Assembly (NCBI RefSeq): GCF_964204645.1
Contig: NC_134029.1
Location: 7,156,850 to 7,220,849, forward strand
Length of the DNA stretch: 64,000 nt
Source: Tubulanus polymorphus
Taxonomy: Eukaryota > Animalia > Nemertea
Direction of reading: 5' to 3'
Positions 50,271-62,200 of the stretch are shown piece by piece (within the stretch, counting starts at the first letter, position 1; each line of letters starts with the position of its first letter). The position numbers and the translations under genes were made by a program. The notes below the pieces were generated by a model. The model did not search any database, had not been told where the DNA came from, and saw nothing but the letters and a program-made list of their open reading frames with translations.

Positions 50271-52467
50271 ATGATAAGCAGGTCTAAGAAAGACCACAGG
50301 CTGTATATGACGCAGAATTGGGCGAGTGGAGGCATCGCAGGGGTCGTTAGTCGTACTTTTACTGCGCCGCTCGATGTTGTGAAAATACAGGCCCAAGTGG
50401 GCACCGAAAACGCCAAACAGGGCTTCATAAAAACATTCGTTAATATCTACAGAAACGAAGGCCTTCGCGCCTTCTGGAAAGGAAATCTAACTGGTTGTTT
50501 GCGAATGTTCCCATATTCGGCAATTCAGTTCGGGACGTTTCAAAAAATGAAGCTGATTCTGGCCAACGACCAGGGGCGATTGTCACCTTTTTACGCAATG
50601 ATGGCCGGTACGGTGGGAGGTGTTGTCGCAGTCGTTACGATTTACCCGACTGATCTTGTCAAAACTCGTTTGATCGTACAAAGTGAAAAGAAAAGTTACA
50701 ACGGTATCGTACACGCTTTTCAGAGAATCATAAGACAGGAAGGAATCGCAGCCTTGTACAAAGGTGTGACTGCTTCAGTTTTAGGTAAGAATTTTAGGTA
50801 AGAATATGCAGTACGCCCCTAGACTTTGGAATAAATCTAATCTCATGGACCTCACATCACTAAATTCGTCGCAGTTCAAATGACACTTAAAAACCCAGCT
50901 GTTCCAAGACCACTGTATGACATGACATTCCGTCCTGTGGAGCGCATCAGAACTGTTCATAGGATTTTTGCGCTATACGAATGATATTTATTATTATCAT
51001 TATTATTAAGAATAAATACAATGCCTATCACTAGGCCTATAAAATTTCTTATAATTTCAATACTTGTGGTGTTTTCTGAGTCATATAATTCCTACCACAG
51101 CAAATAATCCTAGTTATCTCTTTGTTTTCATTGATATCATTTAGGCGTGCTTCCATTTGCTGGTGCCTCATTTGTAGCCTACGAATGCCTGGACAGAACG
51201 TGGAACAAACAGAAATGGATGTTGACTCCGTTTGAGCATTTTATCAACGGAAGTGTCGCGGCTGCATTCGCGTACACTGTTTCATATCCCTGCGACATTG
51301 TTCGAAAAAAACTACAGGTAAGGCTGAAATAAAATGATACCTTGTTTCTCCTAATCGGCCAGGTCATTTTGTAAATTTTGATAAGATTTTCAAAGGTTAA
51401 TTTTTACGCTCAGCAGAAATGAGAAACAAGGTATCAACTTTTTTAGCCTGAATAATACAATACATTTTGATAAAGCAGTAAACTTTCAAATTGTTCTCTA
51501 CTTAGGATAGATTATGTCTCTAATTGAAAGAATTCTAAAACATGTTTTATGTCTAGATGTACTAAAGGTAAAAGAAATACCAATATATAAGAATTTCAAG
51601 ATAAAAAACCCACTATGTACAGATTAAAAGAAATCATTGTGCTATAAGAATTTTGTTTTGTCTTCAAGAATTAAATTAATCAGTTATTCGTGATCTGTTT
51701 GATTTAGGCTCAGAGTAAATCTTTACCGAATGATGGCGGCGTTGATATCAAGTTCAAGGGAATGTGTAATTGTTTCACGCAAATTATCAGAATAAATGGA
51801 GTTTTTGGTTTGTGGAGAGGGCTAACAGCGACGTTGATCCGGGTAGGTTTTCATTTTTTCGAAATTCCGCCTTTCTGTATTAGGTGATTTCATTAATTTT
51901 GATGGCATTGGTTTGATTTTCATTGCCTTTAACCCTTTCAGTGCGTCTACACCGCAGTGTGGTTTATAAATCAGTGATAGATTTTGCTTGTACACCGCAC
52001 TGCGGTGTATTGATGTAATTAGTAATAAGTAATTATCTCTCTTGAAAAATGGCAGTACCTGTCAAACATAGTGAAATACTAGTAAATAACGATACACCGC
52101 GCCGCAGTGTAGAAGCATTATAGTGGTATTCCCGTTATTCAACACACTAGGGTGGAATTTTTTTTAAATTTTCAAATTATTTCCAGCACTATAGGGTATT
52201 AATTTGTCAGCACTGAAAGGGTTAAATGCCTTCCCATCCATGAATAACGAACTAAAACTACGATTTCGCCGATTCATTTGTTCTTTCTAGATTGTGCCTC
52301 ACGCCGGTTTAATGTTCGTTTTGTACGAGGCGACGAAGAGGTTCTTCTTGTACAGCAACGGTTTTACGGAAAGTTTCGTGTTCGATTCTCCGAAGCCGGG
52401 AGTCGACCAGAGTTTCAGCCCCAGCGAATTGAACGACTGGAAAAAAATGCAACGAGATATCTCCTGA
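50271..52467 (+). CDS. SLC25A43: Mitochondrial carrier SLC25A43-like, 4 exons, 332 aa
   Basis: Exons 50271-50784, 51145-51317, 51708-51842 and 52291-52467 are in phase. Three PxDxxK motifs; KDHRL...AQVG...EGLRAFWKGN...YPTDLVKTRLIVQ and the C-terminal PGVDQS match SLC25A43. Confidence 0.88.
50910..51008 (+). mobile_element. 3' tail of an L2-type LINE or SINE
   Basis: GAGCGCATC...TGCGCTATA...(ATT)n tail. Confidence 0.45.
51321..51449. mobile_element. MITE abutting the SLC25A43 exon-2 splice donor
   Basis: AGGCTGAAATAAAATGATACCTTGTTTCTC...GAGAAACAAGGTATCAACTTTTTTAGCCT. Confidence 0.7.
51933..52221. mobile_element. piggyBac-type MITE, copy 2 (SLC25A43 intron 3)
   Basis: TTAA TSD, CCCTTTCAGTGC TIR; colinear with 20970-21248. 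Confidence 0.9.
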
Positions 52468-52962
52468 CGACGAACTGTTTGTTAATGATTGCTCGATTCT
52501 GCTCTGATTTGTTCGGTTTTTGATAGAAAATAAAGTTTTTAGATAGTTTTTTATGTTTGTTGACTAAAATTTAATGGGTTGGTTTTTTAAATTATTATTT
52601 TCTTCTTTATTAGATGATTAAGGAATTGACAGTATTAGAGCTACCCACAGGGTTCACAACGGTCCTAGAAAGTCCTTGAATGGAAATTGGTCAATGCAAG
52701 GCCTTGAATATCATGGAATGGGCTCTACAATCCTTGAATAATATCGCCTCACGATCCGATTACAATTTGAAGCTTCTGGTCACATATATGGACATGGTGT
52801 AGGGCCTACCAGATCATGGTATTGTTGGTGGTAGTGGTCATGGGAACTGTACGGTTGTCTCGCGAATTGTTTTTGCACGCTTTATATTAACAGTGAACTG
52901 TGACCTTTTACATCGGTTAGCTGTTCAATATGATGTCATGTACGTGTGTTAAAAGATCATCG

Positions 52963-53003
52963 ATGGAACCATGGACTCTTCGTTTTAGAGTCCATGATGG
53001 AAC
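52963..53003. mobile_element. 27-bp CATGGACTCT...AGAGTCCATG hairpin with perfect 7-bp TSD (P-superfamily-like footprint)
   Basis: ATGGAAC|CATGGACTCTTCGTTTTAGAGTCCATG|ATGGAAC. Confidence 0.7.
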
Positions 53004-54161
53004 AATGGTTGATTTTGTACAATTTGCTGTTTCATTTCGGTTTATAGATTTCCGTTCATCACGCTATATAGGCTGAATTATTAACGACGTGGTTATCAGT
53101 GAAAGCCATGGAACAACTGAAAAATTTAAAATGCGCACCCTCGCAGGCCGGGTCGAAATGAGGATCAAAATTGATATTACCAATTGCTTTTAAAGTAATT
53201 GAAAATGAGAAATGCGTGGTCAACGCCCACTCGTAATTGCTGGGTATAAGTGGTTGTCTCTTCATCATCAATTTAATTTTGCGGCCTCCGAAGAATTTCA
53301 ACTCAAAATCTATAGAAAAAAACCTATGACGAAATAAATCCGAAGGTGGAGTAATACGATAAAGATAGAGCTTTATTATTTCAGTAGAATAATTTCATAA
53401 GCTAGATTCAAATAACGAATAGTGATGACGAATTAAACAAATTGCACGATGATAAACTTCTACCGTTTGCATTGGTGCAGCGAGAATAAAAACAATTTTG
53501 AATGAGTGATATTGAATATGTCCTATCTATTCTAACAGGATAGGTTTGATCAATATGTACACGATTTTGATGTTATTGAAGTTGATTTTTAGCCACTATT
53601 ATTCTCTCGTAGAGCACCTCGCAAAAATATATAAATTTTTCATCTGACGTAGTAACAGTTATGGTAATAATGGATATACATAGGGTTACGCGGTCAAAGG
53701 CAAAATAAGGTAAAAATGCCATAGGTAAAAATGCCAGAAGTAAATACTGGGAATTAATAGGAACAATTGAAATATATTCTAATCTCATGCTTTCAACGAA
53801 ATTTTTGATTCTCATGTTCGTTTAATTATCTGCATATTTTCTTCTGGCATTTTTCGTACCTCTGGATTATTACTTAAATTCATATCCGTATAAGCCTACA
53901 CATAAATGATCACGTGATGTGAGCCTACCTGTATATACGCGTATGGCTGTGTAGATAACAACAATTTAACGAAAAATCGTCTGGTTACGGCATTTAAAAA
54001 AGAACGCATTTATCATTGGTTGGCTGATATCAATTTTATCGTACCGTATCCATAGAATTCTCAAACTCATAACACAAATATCACCGTATCAGCGCTGTAC
54101 ATCAATTCCTGCATCATCTAAGATAAACAACCCGCTTTTTTAGAATTTAATGAAACTGCTT

Positions 54162-54294
54162 CAGGGGCCAGTTGCTCAGAAGTTGGTTAAAGATAACTGG
54201 CGGATAAATACAGCAGTTATAATGAACTTTTAATTGTCACTATGTCAACTATCCACCGGTTAACTCTAACCAACTATTGAGCAACGCACCCCTG
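54162..54294. mobile_element. Harbinger-like MITE, copy B
   Basis: CAGGGGCCAGTTGCTCA...TGAGCAACGCACCCCTG. Confidence 0.65.
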
Positions 54295-55149
54295 AACTAC
54301 ATCGAGGATTTATCTTTTACCCGAAACAACATGGGGGAAAAAACAACAATAACAAAAACGTAATAATGATTTTTTATCCCTCATTAATGAAAATAGAATA
54401 ACAACATTCTTTGACATTTAACATTCATCACTTATAAACAGATCTTCATTTTCCCGTAACTATGGATGCGTTGTAGTTGCCAAGTAATTTGCAACGATTA
54501 AGGTCAAAAATGTATTATTTATTGTTTTAACGACATTCGCTTTTGCTGCGTAGAAGCAGGGAGCCTCCTTCCATTCTGAAGCGATACACTAAACTGAATT
54601 GTTTTCTGTATCAAAATTTTGCTCGTTGTTACATTTGGCGATTTGTCTTTTCAGTTGAATTGCCAATTTGATAATGACGCGCATCCTTGCACATCAGCTC
54701 ACTAACGCGAAAACAATTGATTTCATCTTCAAAGCGATTATTAACGCGAGTATTTTGCGAGATACAACGCTGTTTAATATATGATATTGAATCGAACTTA
54801 ACATTTCGCCTTTGTCTTTCGATTGGTATCCACAAGGCCCGGGAAACGCCTGATAAGCAAGAATAACGATTTCTAATCCTCGTATTTGCTTCAAGCTTCA
54901 TGATTTAACTTGACAGTTGCCAGGTTACAGGTGTTATGAGCTGCAAACAATGCCGAATCGTGTGCGAGTTATTTGTTTTGGATTTCTCGGGGATTATTAT
55001 AAATTTATGGTGCATTTTGTTGGCGCTTGGATACAAAAAAAATACGATTGGACTTACGGCATTTTGTCGCTACTTCGTTTAAAGCAAGTTGCACAGAATT
55101 TCCAACATCAATATCCGCTTTGGCCATTTAGCTAATTAATGCCCCGAGG

Positions 55150-55700
55150 CGCTAAGCAAAATTTGAATGAAGCAAAAAATCGCTTGTTTAGAAAAAAATA
55201 TTCATATTTATAGCGCTTACCAATGGATTTACTTAAGACAATGTGTAAATTATGCTGCTGTTACATTGAATTGTCGGTGGAAACAGGAAAGTACTTAGAT
55301 ATATCAAGAGGTCAACGGATATTTAATAAATGCAATCTGAACGTTATCGGAGATGAGATGCACTTCATACTTGTATGCCCATATTTCCTATGTTATGGGA
55401 CCTATGTTATTTCATCCCTTACTATTAATAAACTGAGTGCCCTTTTTATTTTAATAGAAAACCCTAATAAATCCGGTTTGTTTTATAAAAAGAAATGCAA
55501 GTCCACTGTACCAGCAGTGCCGAAAAGGCAAAAGGGTAAAGTAAATCGAATTTATATTGTACTTTATAGGCATGTCTACATATGTCTATGTAATTGATAT
55601 TATCGTCCATCCTACACATATTCATGTATTTACACATATATTGTAAATTTTTTCTGCGCTCTAAGCAAATGTCTTTTTGCTGAGCGAAATAAACTAAACT
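55150..55700 (+). pseudogene. Degraded 3' end of a LINE ORF2 (RTE-X-like C-terminal CCHC region)
   Basis: LSVETGKYLDISRGQRIFNKCNLNVIGDEMHFILVCPYF resembles the LxIETGR...RxCxxC...DEFHFLxxCP motif; AATAAAC tail near 55690. Confidence 0.65.
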
Positions 55701-56702
55701 AGTTTATCTCGGGTAATGCGGCGTTTCCTAACGTGGTCATCGTGGTACTTTGTCACGACGTCCCGGAATGCCTTGAACGCATTAATTATTCAAACATCGC
55801 TCAACGAACATGCGTGAAGCTAACCACGCATAAAGCTATCCGGTGCCGTTGTCTCTGCCTACATCTGTCAGAGAAATCGTACTTGAAAACGCGGAATAAT
55901 ATATTTGCGTGTGTATATACATTATATGAGTTACGTCGGAGCAGAGTATCGATCGACTAAAACTCATTTTTAGCATCTTATAAGTCTACTCACTCTTATT
56001 TTTCATCGAAGATTCGCTTCTATTGGTCTACGCCCACTCAAACAGGAAAATGATATATGAATCACTTTTGATCTACTAGAGATATTCCGACATTTGAGAT
56101 GTCTTAGTACTCAAACGTCGGAAATATTCGCGATAGAAAAAAGAAATGACTTTTTTCAACTGTGAGCTAGGAGGTATCAGCAACCGATAATGTCTCCACA
56201 TAATTGCTACGAGTCAATTTCATTAATCGCTTAGAACTCGTTCGAAATGGTTACGCTATTGAACAATTCTGGAGCAGCTTTATTAGTAAAGCGGACCAAC
56301 GATTTGGATCTTATTAAGGAGAAATTTGTCTCATTTGATAGTATTAATTTGTCCCAAATTTATCAATAAACGTACACAATGCAATAATCCATCCTCATTT
56401 CTTACATTGGTTCGCTCCGTTTAATGGCCATTCAAAAACACGATAACGCTCAGCCAAGTTCGACTTCTAATTGTATTTCAACATTCCACCCTCGAGCAAA
56501 CATCCAGGTCTACCATTGACTTTATGGCAAGTTATATCTATTCGAAGTAGTTTTCTTTAAATAAAGCATAAGTAAAGAAGTATCGAAAGAATATTATATA
56601 CTGTAAACAGAATGTAACGAGATTATAACCGAGCAATCGGGTGCAATCGGATGTTATTAACATCTTCATGTCCTTCGGTAGGTCGCGCGAGGACAATATT
56701 CC

Positions 56703-56814
56703 CGGGCCCGGTTTTGTAGACTGGTATAACCTTAAATCCGGAGGCTAACTCAATTGATAATGAATTGAATTAGCCCCCGGGTGAAAGGTAATACCAATCT
56801 ATAAAACCGGGCCC
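56703..56814. mobile_element. Harbinger-like MITE
   Basis: GGGCCCGGTTTTGTAGACTGGTATAACCTT / AAGGTAATACCAATCTATAAAACCGGGCCC. Confidence 0.75.
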
Positions 56815-57956
56815 TGGGTTTCAACGCGGGTGATATAAAAATAGTGTATCATATCAATATTCGTGTACGTATTTAATAATTACACGATGATGGTTTTTAC
56901 ACACTACATATTTATTTGTCGTCGTCATTTTATAGCGTCAATTTTGTACACAGAGATGATACATACGAGGATTATTGATTATAAACGTGGAAATGGACGG
57001 ATTCATCATTCTGTAAAGAATAACATCAACGTAAAAATAAAAGGCGAGAAAACAACGGAAAATGCAAATTGTTTTTGGACGGAATGAAAAGACTGCGCAT
57101 GAAGACACGTGGTGTTAATGGATAGTCTAGTATATCGCCTGACTCATGTATCGTGAAAAAAGCACACGAGATGAATCTCTTTTTCAAAAAATACAGGTAC
57201 GTAAATACGAACATAATAAGGCGAATGCGGTATGTAAACGTAATTGGTATACGCGAAATTTCGTATGTAAAAAAGAGTTTAAAATCAGCAGTTTTCTTAA
57301 AAAGTAATACAAAGAAAAAATAAGGACTGATTATTCGGTGGAAAATAAGTTTTGCATAGTAAGTGAGATAACAGAATCATATATCATAGCTGCATTCAGT
57401 AGCTATAACGAATCGAAAATGTCCCAGAAACAACAATGTGTTAATGTGGCAGCAACGTCGACATTTTCCCGTGTGATAAAAATGAAACCGAAAATATCTG
57501 AAGAATCCAATGTTTCAGGGCATTGAGATAAACGGTTTAGAAATGAAAATGAATATGATAGCATGTTGACGACTAGATTCAAAATGGTCATAATATAAGT
57601 ACGTTTTAGAAAATCGAGATAACTTCCAATTTTCCGAATTCTCACCTATAGCAGCAGCCATAATCTGATTGCGGAATATCCTATTCTAGACCCTGACTTC
57701 GTTTAGCAACCGCCAAAATATAAAAATATAATAGACACTGTATTTCGCTATTTTACTAGTACGTAAGTCCACTGAGGTGTGTGAGGTCCGTAATTTTTTC
57801 AAAACAGTTCGTAGAAAAATTGACCCCACATTTCTTTCCTCTATATGTCTCGGAACAGTCATGTAGAAATTGCACAGCAGAGTGGATGTATCAGGACACC
57901 ACGTTGTGGATTTTGAAAAGCAGTTCTTGCGAATAAGTGACCGAAGAGCGAAGTTC

Positions 57957-58642
57957 TCACGCCGCCTCGGCGTCTGTTTCGGTCGTCTGTTTATCGACCA
58001 GGCCGATTTTCTGCCCGAGCCATTTGAATTTGGCGGCAATTTCGTCCTGAATTAAACTAAAACACATGGATAGGATAGCCATGCCGAAAATCATGTAGAT
58101 AGCGCCCATGATTAACTGTATATGGGTTTTTGTCGACTCCAGATCTTCGGTGCCGGGTACGAAGTCTCCGAACCCGATTGTACTGATTGTGATGAAGCAG
58201 AAATAGGACGAATCGAGCATGTTCCATTCTTCCCAAATGCTAAACAACACCGCCCCGAACACGATATACGCAGTTATCACTAACATCGTAACAGTCAGAG
58301 GTATTGTAATGTTATCATCATCAAACTCATCGTCCTCGTCATCTTCGTCATCTTCGATAACGACCGGACCAGTTTTCGGCGGAGGTGTAGGTTTGCCAGA
58401 GTTTTCCGTACGCCAGGCAGGTTGAGGTGGCGGGTTTTGTTCGACCGACTCGACTTTGGTTTTTTCGGTGCGTTTTCTGAAGCAACCGCAACAACAAACC
58501 CGCGAGTAAATAAGCTTGAACAGATCGGCAAGGACGTCGCCTATCATCGCCAAAAACAGCAGCAGAAGCGGTATACCCAATACGGCGTACGCCATGCAAA
58601 CCACTTTACCCCAAGTTGTCTTCGGTGCAATGTGTCCATAAC
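57957..58642 (-). CDS. Last exon of a two-pore-domain (K2P/TWiK-family, KCNK18-like) potassium channel; upstream exons not found in this window
   Basis: Acceptor TTTACTTTAG, then GYGHIAPKT (pore 1), M2 YAVLGIPLLLLFL, M3, and YFCFITISTIGFGDFVPG (pore 2), M4, stop. Confidence 0.93.
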
Positions 58643-58767
58643 CTAAAGTAAAACACAAGAGAAATGATAATCAGTTTAGATACCAGTTTGAGATGTCTAT
58701 GGTTCATTGAAAAGGATCCCGCTTAAAAATCGGAATGAAACTGGAAGAGATACGATCTTCTTAAAAT

Positions 58768-58864
58768 TATAATAACGGTTAATTAGCATATTTTATGCCA
58801 CTTTTCAAAATCCTTAGAATTATAATCAGGTTAATTTGCATATTCTATGCCACTTTTCAAAATC
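58768..58864. repeat. Tandem duplication with about 51-bp period carrying octamer-like motifs
   Basis: GGTTAATT(A/T)GCATATT(T/C)TATGCCACTTTTCAAAATC occurs twice. Confidence 0.8.
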
Positions 58865-59196
58865 TGCTCTAAAACTTTGCAGCATATTGCCAATAGATCG
58901 TTCATACCGGTATCGGGTCTCATCAAAATTAGATTTAACTATAGGAGATGATGCAAATGTAATTTGTAATTTTAGTAGTCGACCTTATCGACAAAAATGA
59001 CATTTATTACTGTACTCGTCGGCAATATCGCTATGAATTGATTAAGATAAAATGTGAAAACGACATCTGCCTGTGCGTACTGTGTATTTAATATTGAATG
59101 TTTTCTCTTGAATCGATGTTTATCAGTTCACAGTTTATGAGTTGGTGGCCTGGTAACAAGTGAATACGTCAGTAGCTACGAAGTCCTCAGAACACG

Positions 59197-59223
59197 CTCT
59201 CTCTCTCTCTCTCTCTCTCTCTC
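59197..59223. repeat. (CT)n microsatellite
   Basis: Direct reading. Confidence 0.95.
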
Positions 59224-62200
59224 CCGTATATTACACAACGGCTAATAATGTTTTGCAATGAACCGCGTGATTGATTAGGACACGAAATCATGAAATCATC
59301 ACTGTAATGATGTACGCCTTACGAAGGCATATATTTCATATAGAAGTAATTTTTCGGTTTTTGGCGCAATTCATCATCCAAAAATGTATACTGAGAATTG
59401 TCCACCAACATTTAACGAAGAAAAGAAATGAAGCTTTAAGAAAAGCTTGCCATATTTAAGGTGACTCGATATTCACAGAAATGTGTACTTCTTCACAAGG
59501 ATTTACAGTACTGAGCTGGTTCAGCCATCGAAGTGTAATTTTCCGCAAACAGACAAACATACCTTAATCTAAACTACAAATAAAATTGTATGTATATATT
59601 TAAAAAAAGTAATTTCGAGGAAATTGCATCCAAACCATATCATACGAAGAATTAGAATTTGCCACTCGCATTGACAAACGTCGAAATATCGCCGTTGTTG
59701 TTATCGGGGCGAGAGTAAATTAAAAGCGAATTAACCTTGACCTGAATTGTCACAACCTCGTGTTCACTTTTCCATTTTCTACGTAAGTATCCACATCTCG
59801 TCTGTAGCGCGATTAATTTGACGTCACATATGCGTCAGTAATAATTCCGCCATTATTTCCTATATTTATTGGAATCGATATCAAAAACTCAGCGCGCTGG
59901 ATGCTGATATAGAATCACTTAGCAAACCCGCCACTTTTCCATTTGCATATAATTTCATTGTTTATTTTACCACTTCTAGAAAACCTGATGTCACGAAAAA
60001 ATCAAAACTGAAGTGTGGTTTTCTAGATAAACACACATGAACGCTGACAATGAAACGAAATTTGCGTGAAATTATTGTACGTGATACGTACGAATTCAAT
60101 TTCAATTCAATCAATTCAACTCGTTCATATGAAATGCATATAAACTCTATGATTATCGTAATCAAGATATACACCGACCCGGTGGGCTTGTAATCAGGGT
60201 CCTCAGTGTATTGGACTACGACGCGCTTACAAATAAACGATGCTTATACCAAACATGTGCGTATCGACGTTCATAAGAAATGCATAACATGCAAAATGAA
60301 AACATGCAAAATGAAAACTCAACTAACGAGTTATCGACGGATGCGGTTATTTGATAATCTATACATATGAAGGCTGCAAGTTAATCCATCATGAAGTTAA
60401 TTTGATCGAATATATGTCCTACTGTCTGGTAGCATAGCTGGTGATACGGGAATGCCATTTGCTTGTCTATTGGAAAATGATAATTCGTTTCAGTTTTTAA
60501 AAGCTTACTTGTCGATGCAGAGTGTTTCGTCATAAATGGAGGAGATTCATAGTATTGATGAAATATCTAGAATGGGCCTTTTATCTCCTCTATCTAGTTC
60601 AGTACGAAAAGGCGGTTTCTTTAGGGGAAACAAAACCAGATGATGAATTAACGAAACATTCAATAGCCGTTTAAATGGGGAAATACCAATCCAAATCATT
60701 TTTCCACTTAAAGCCTTTATTAGAAACAATCAAACTGCTTCTAATGATTATTATAATTGAATACTGCAACCAAATTCAGATCACAGCCTTTTACGGCCGA
60801 TGTAGATATCTATTCCATTCAAATGGCATTTAGCAAGAGTTGAGATTGATATTCTCCTCACAAAGTTCATCTACAATTCAAATAACTGTATTGACGCACG
60901 TCATGTTAACAGCAATACAAATGATTTGGTATTGTCCAATATTTCAAGAATTTTATGGTGCGATTTTAATATGGAGCGGGAATTCCTCGTGCCAAAGCCA
61001 GAAACCAGTCAAGTTTACTATTCATATGACACGAACTATTTAGGCGAATATAAATAAATAACAGATATGTTTCAACACGTATAACGATGAAGATTGAAAA
61101 ACACAAAACCATTGATCGCTGGGGGCACTATTTTGACTCGGAGTAATCCCACGAATGAGTAAAAACAGGTCTTTAAGACCAGCCATTGCAAACTGGCCTG
61201 GTAAAAGAAAGAAAAAACTTTCGCATCAGGTGTCCTGCAAGGTTTTCACCTTTTCTGAAAGAATGTATATTTCATTCATATGTTTTGAGATACAGGGCTA
61301 TATTTGGCCGATAGGCTTCATTCATCTTTAATCCTATTCGATCAAATTGTTGTGTTTTCAAGAACGCATAGTCTGTTTCCATGGTTGCTTATGATAACCG
61401 ATCTTTAATGACCACGTGTCTGTTGCGAATCCGTGCGGATTAAGAGCGGATTATACGCGAAACACAATTCGCACGATTGACTCGCAATTGGATTATAACG
61501 GCAAAAAATGGGCAATGAATTGCCTAACGAAAGAATCAATATCAAGCTATACCTATACTGCCCTCAACGGCCGGGCCGTTCTCGGTCGGTATTTGATTTG
61601 GCGCACGGCAATCTCTTGTTAACATTATATAATCGATTCCAATAAGTGCAATGAAGATTTGTTGCCGCTAATTAATGAAACGAAACGAAATTCGCCGGGT
61701 GAGTATACGGTCTAAGCGATATAAACGACTAGCGCTGTTTTTGAATTGATATATCTGTATTCACCTTATCACACAGGGCAAATCGATGGCGAATCCGAAA
61801 TACCACACGCAATCGCCGTCAACCTTCAGCCCATATTTATTGCCGTTTTTATGAATACATATCGCGATTCCGACGAAACGGAAATGATCTGAAAGCGCTC
61901 CGACACGAGTCGAGCACTTCAGGTTCGAGAAATGTTTGTCCGCTTTATGTGGCTTAGATTGAACGTCGGCTGTTACAGAGCGCCAGACGTCAATTCCATC
62001 CTGCTAATTACACGTTGGGATTATTTTGATTATTTTCAACGGATAAAACCTGATAATGCAGGATGAAAATTAAAAGATTGGAAAAAGGGCTTTTATTCTA
62101 CCTACTTGTGGCAGTTTCATTAACGAATGACGTACTGGTATTCGAGTTAAATTGATTGAAATGACGTAGGCTACTGGTCTTTCGAGTTAAGAATAATACT

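Noticed and set aside
60560-61040. Possible decayed LINE endonuclease (SDH motif)
   Set aside because: Only a three-residue motif among stops; insufficient evidence.
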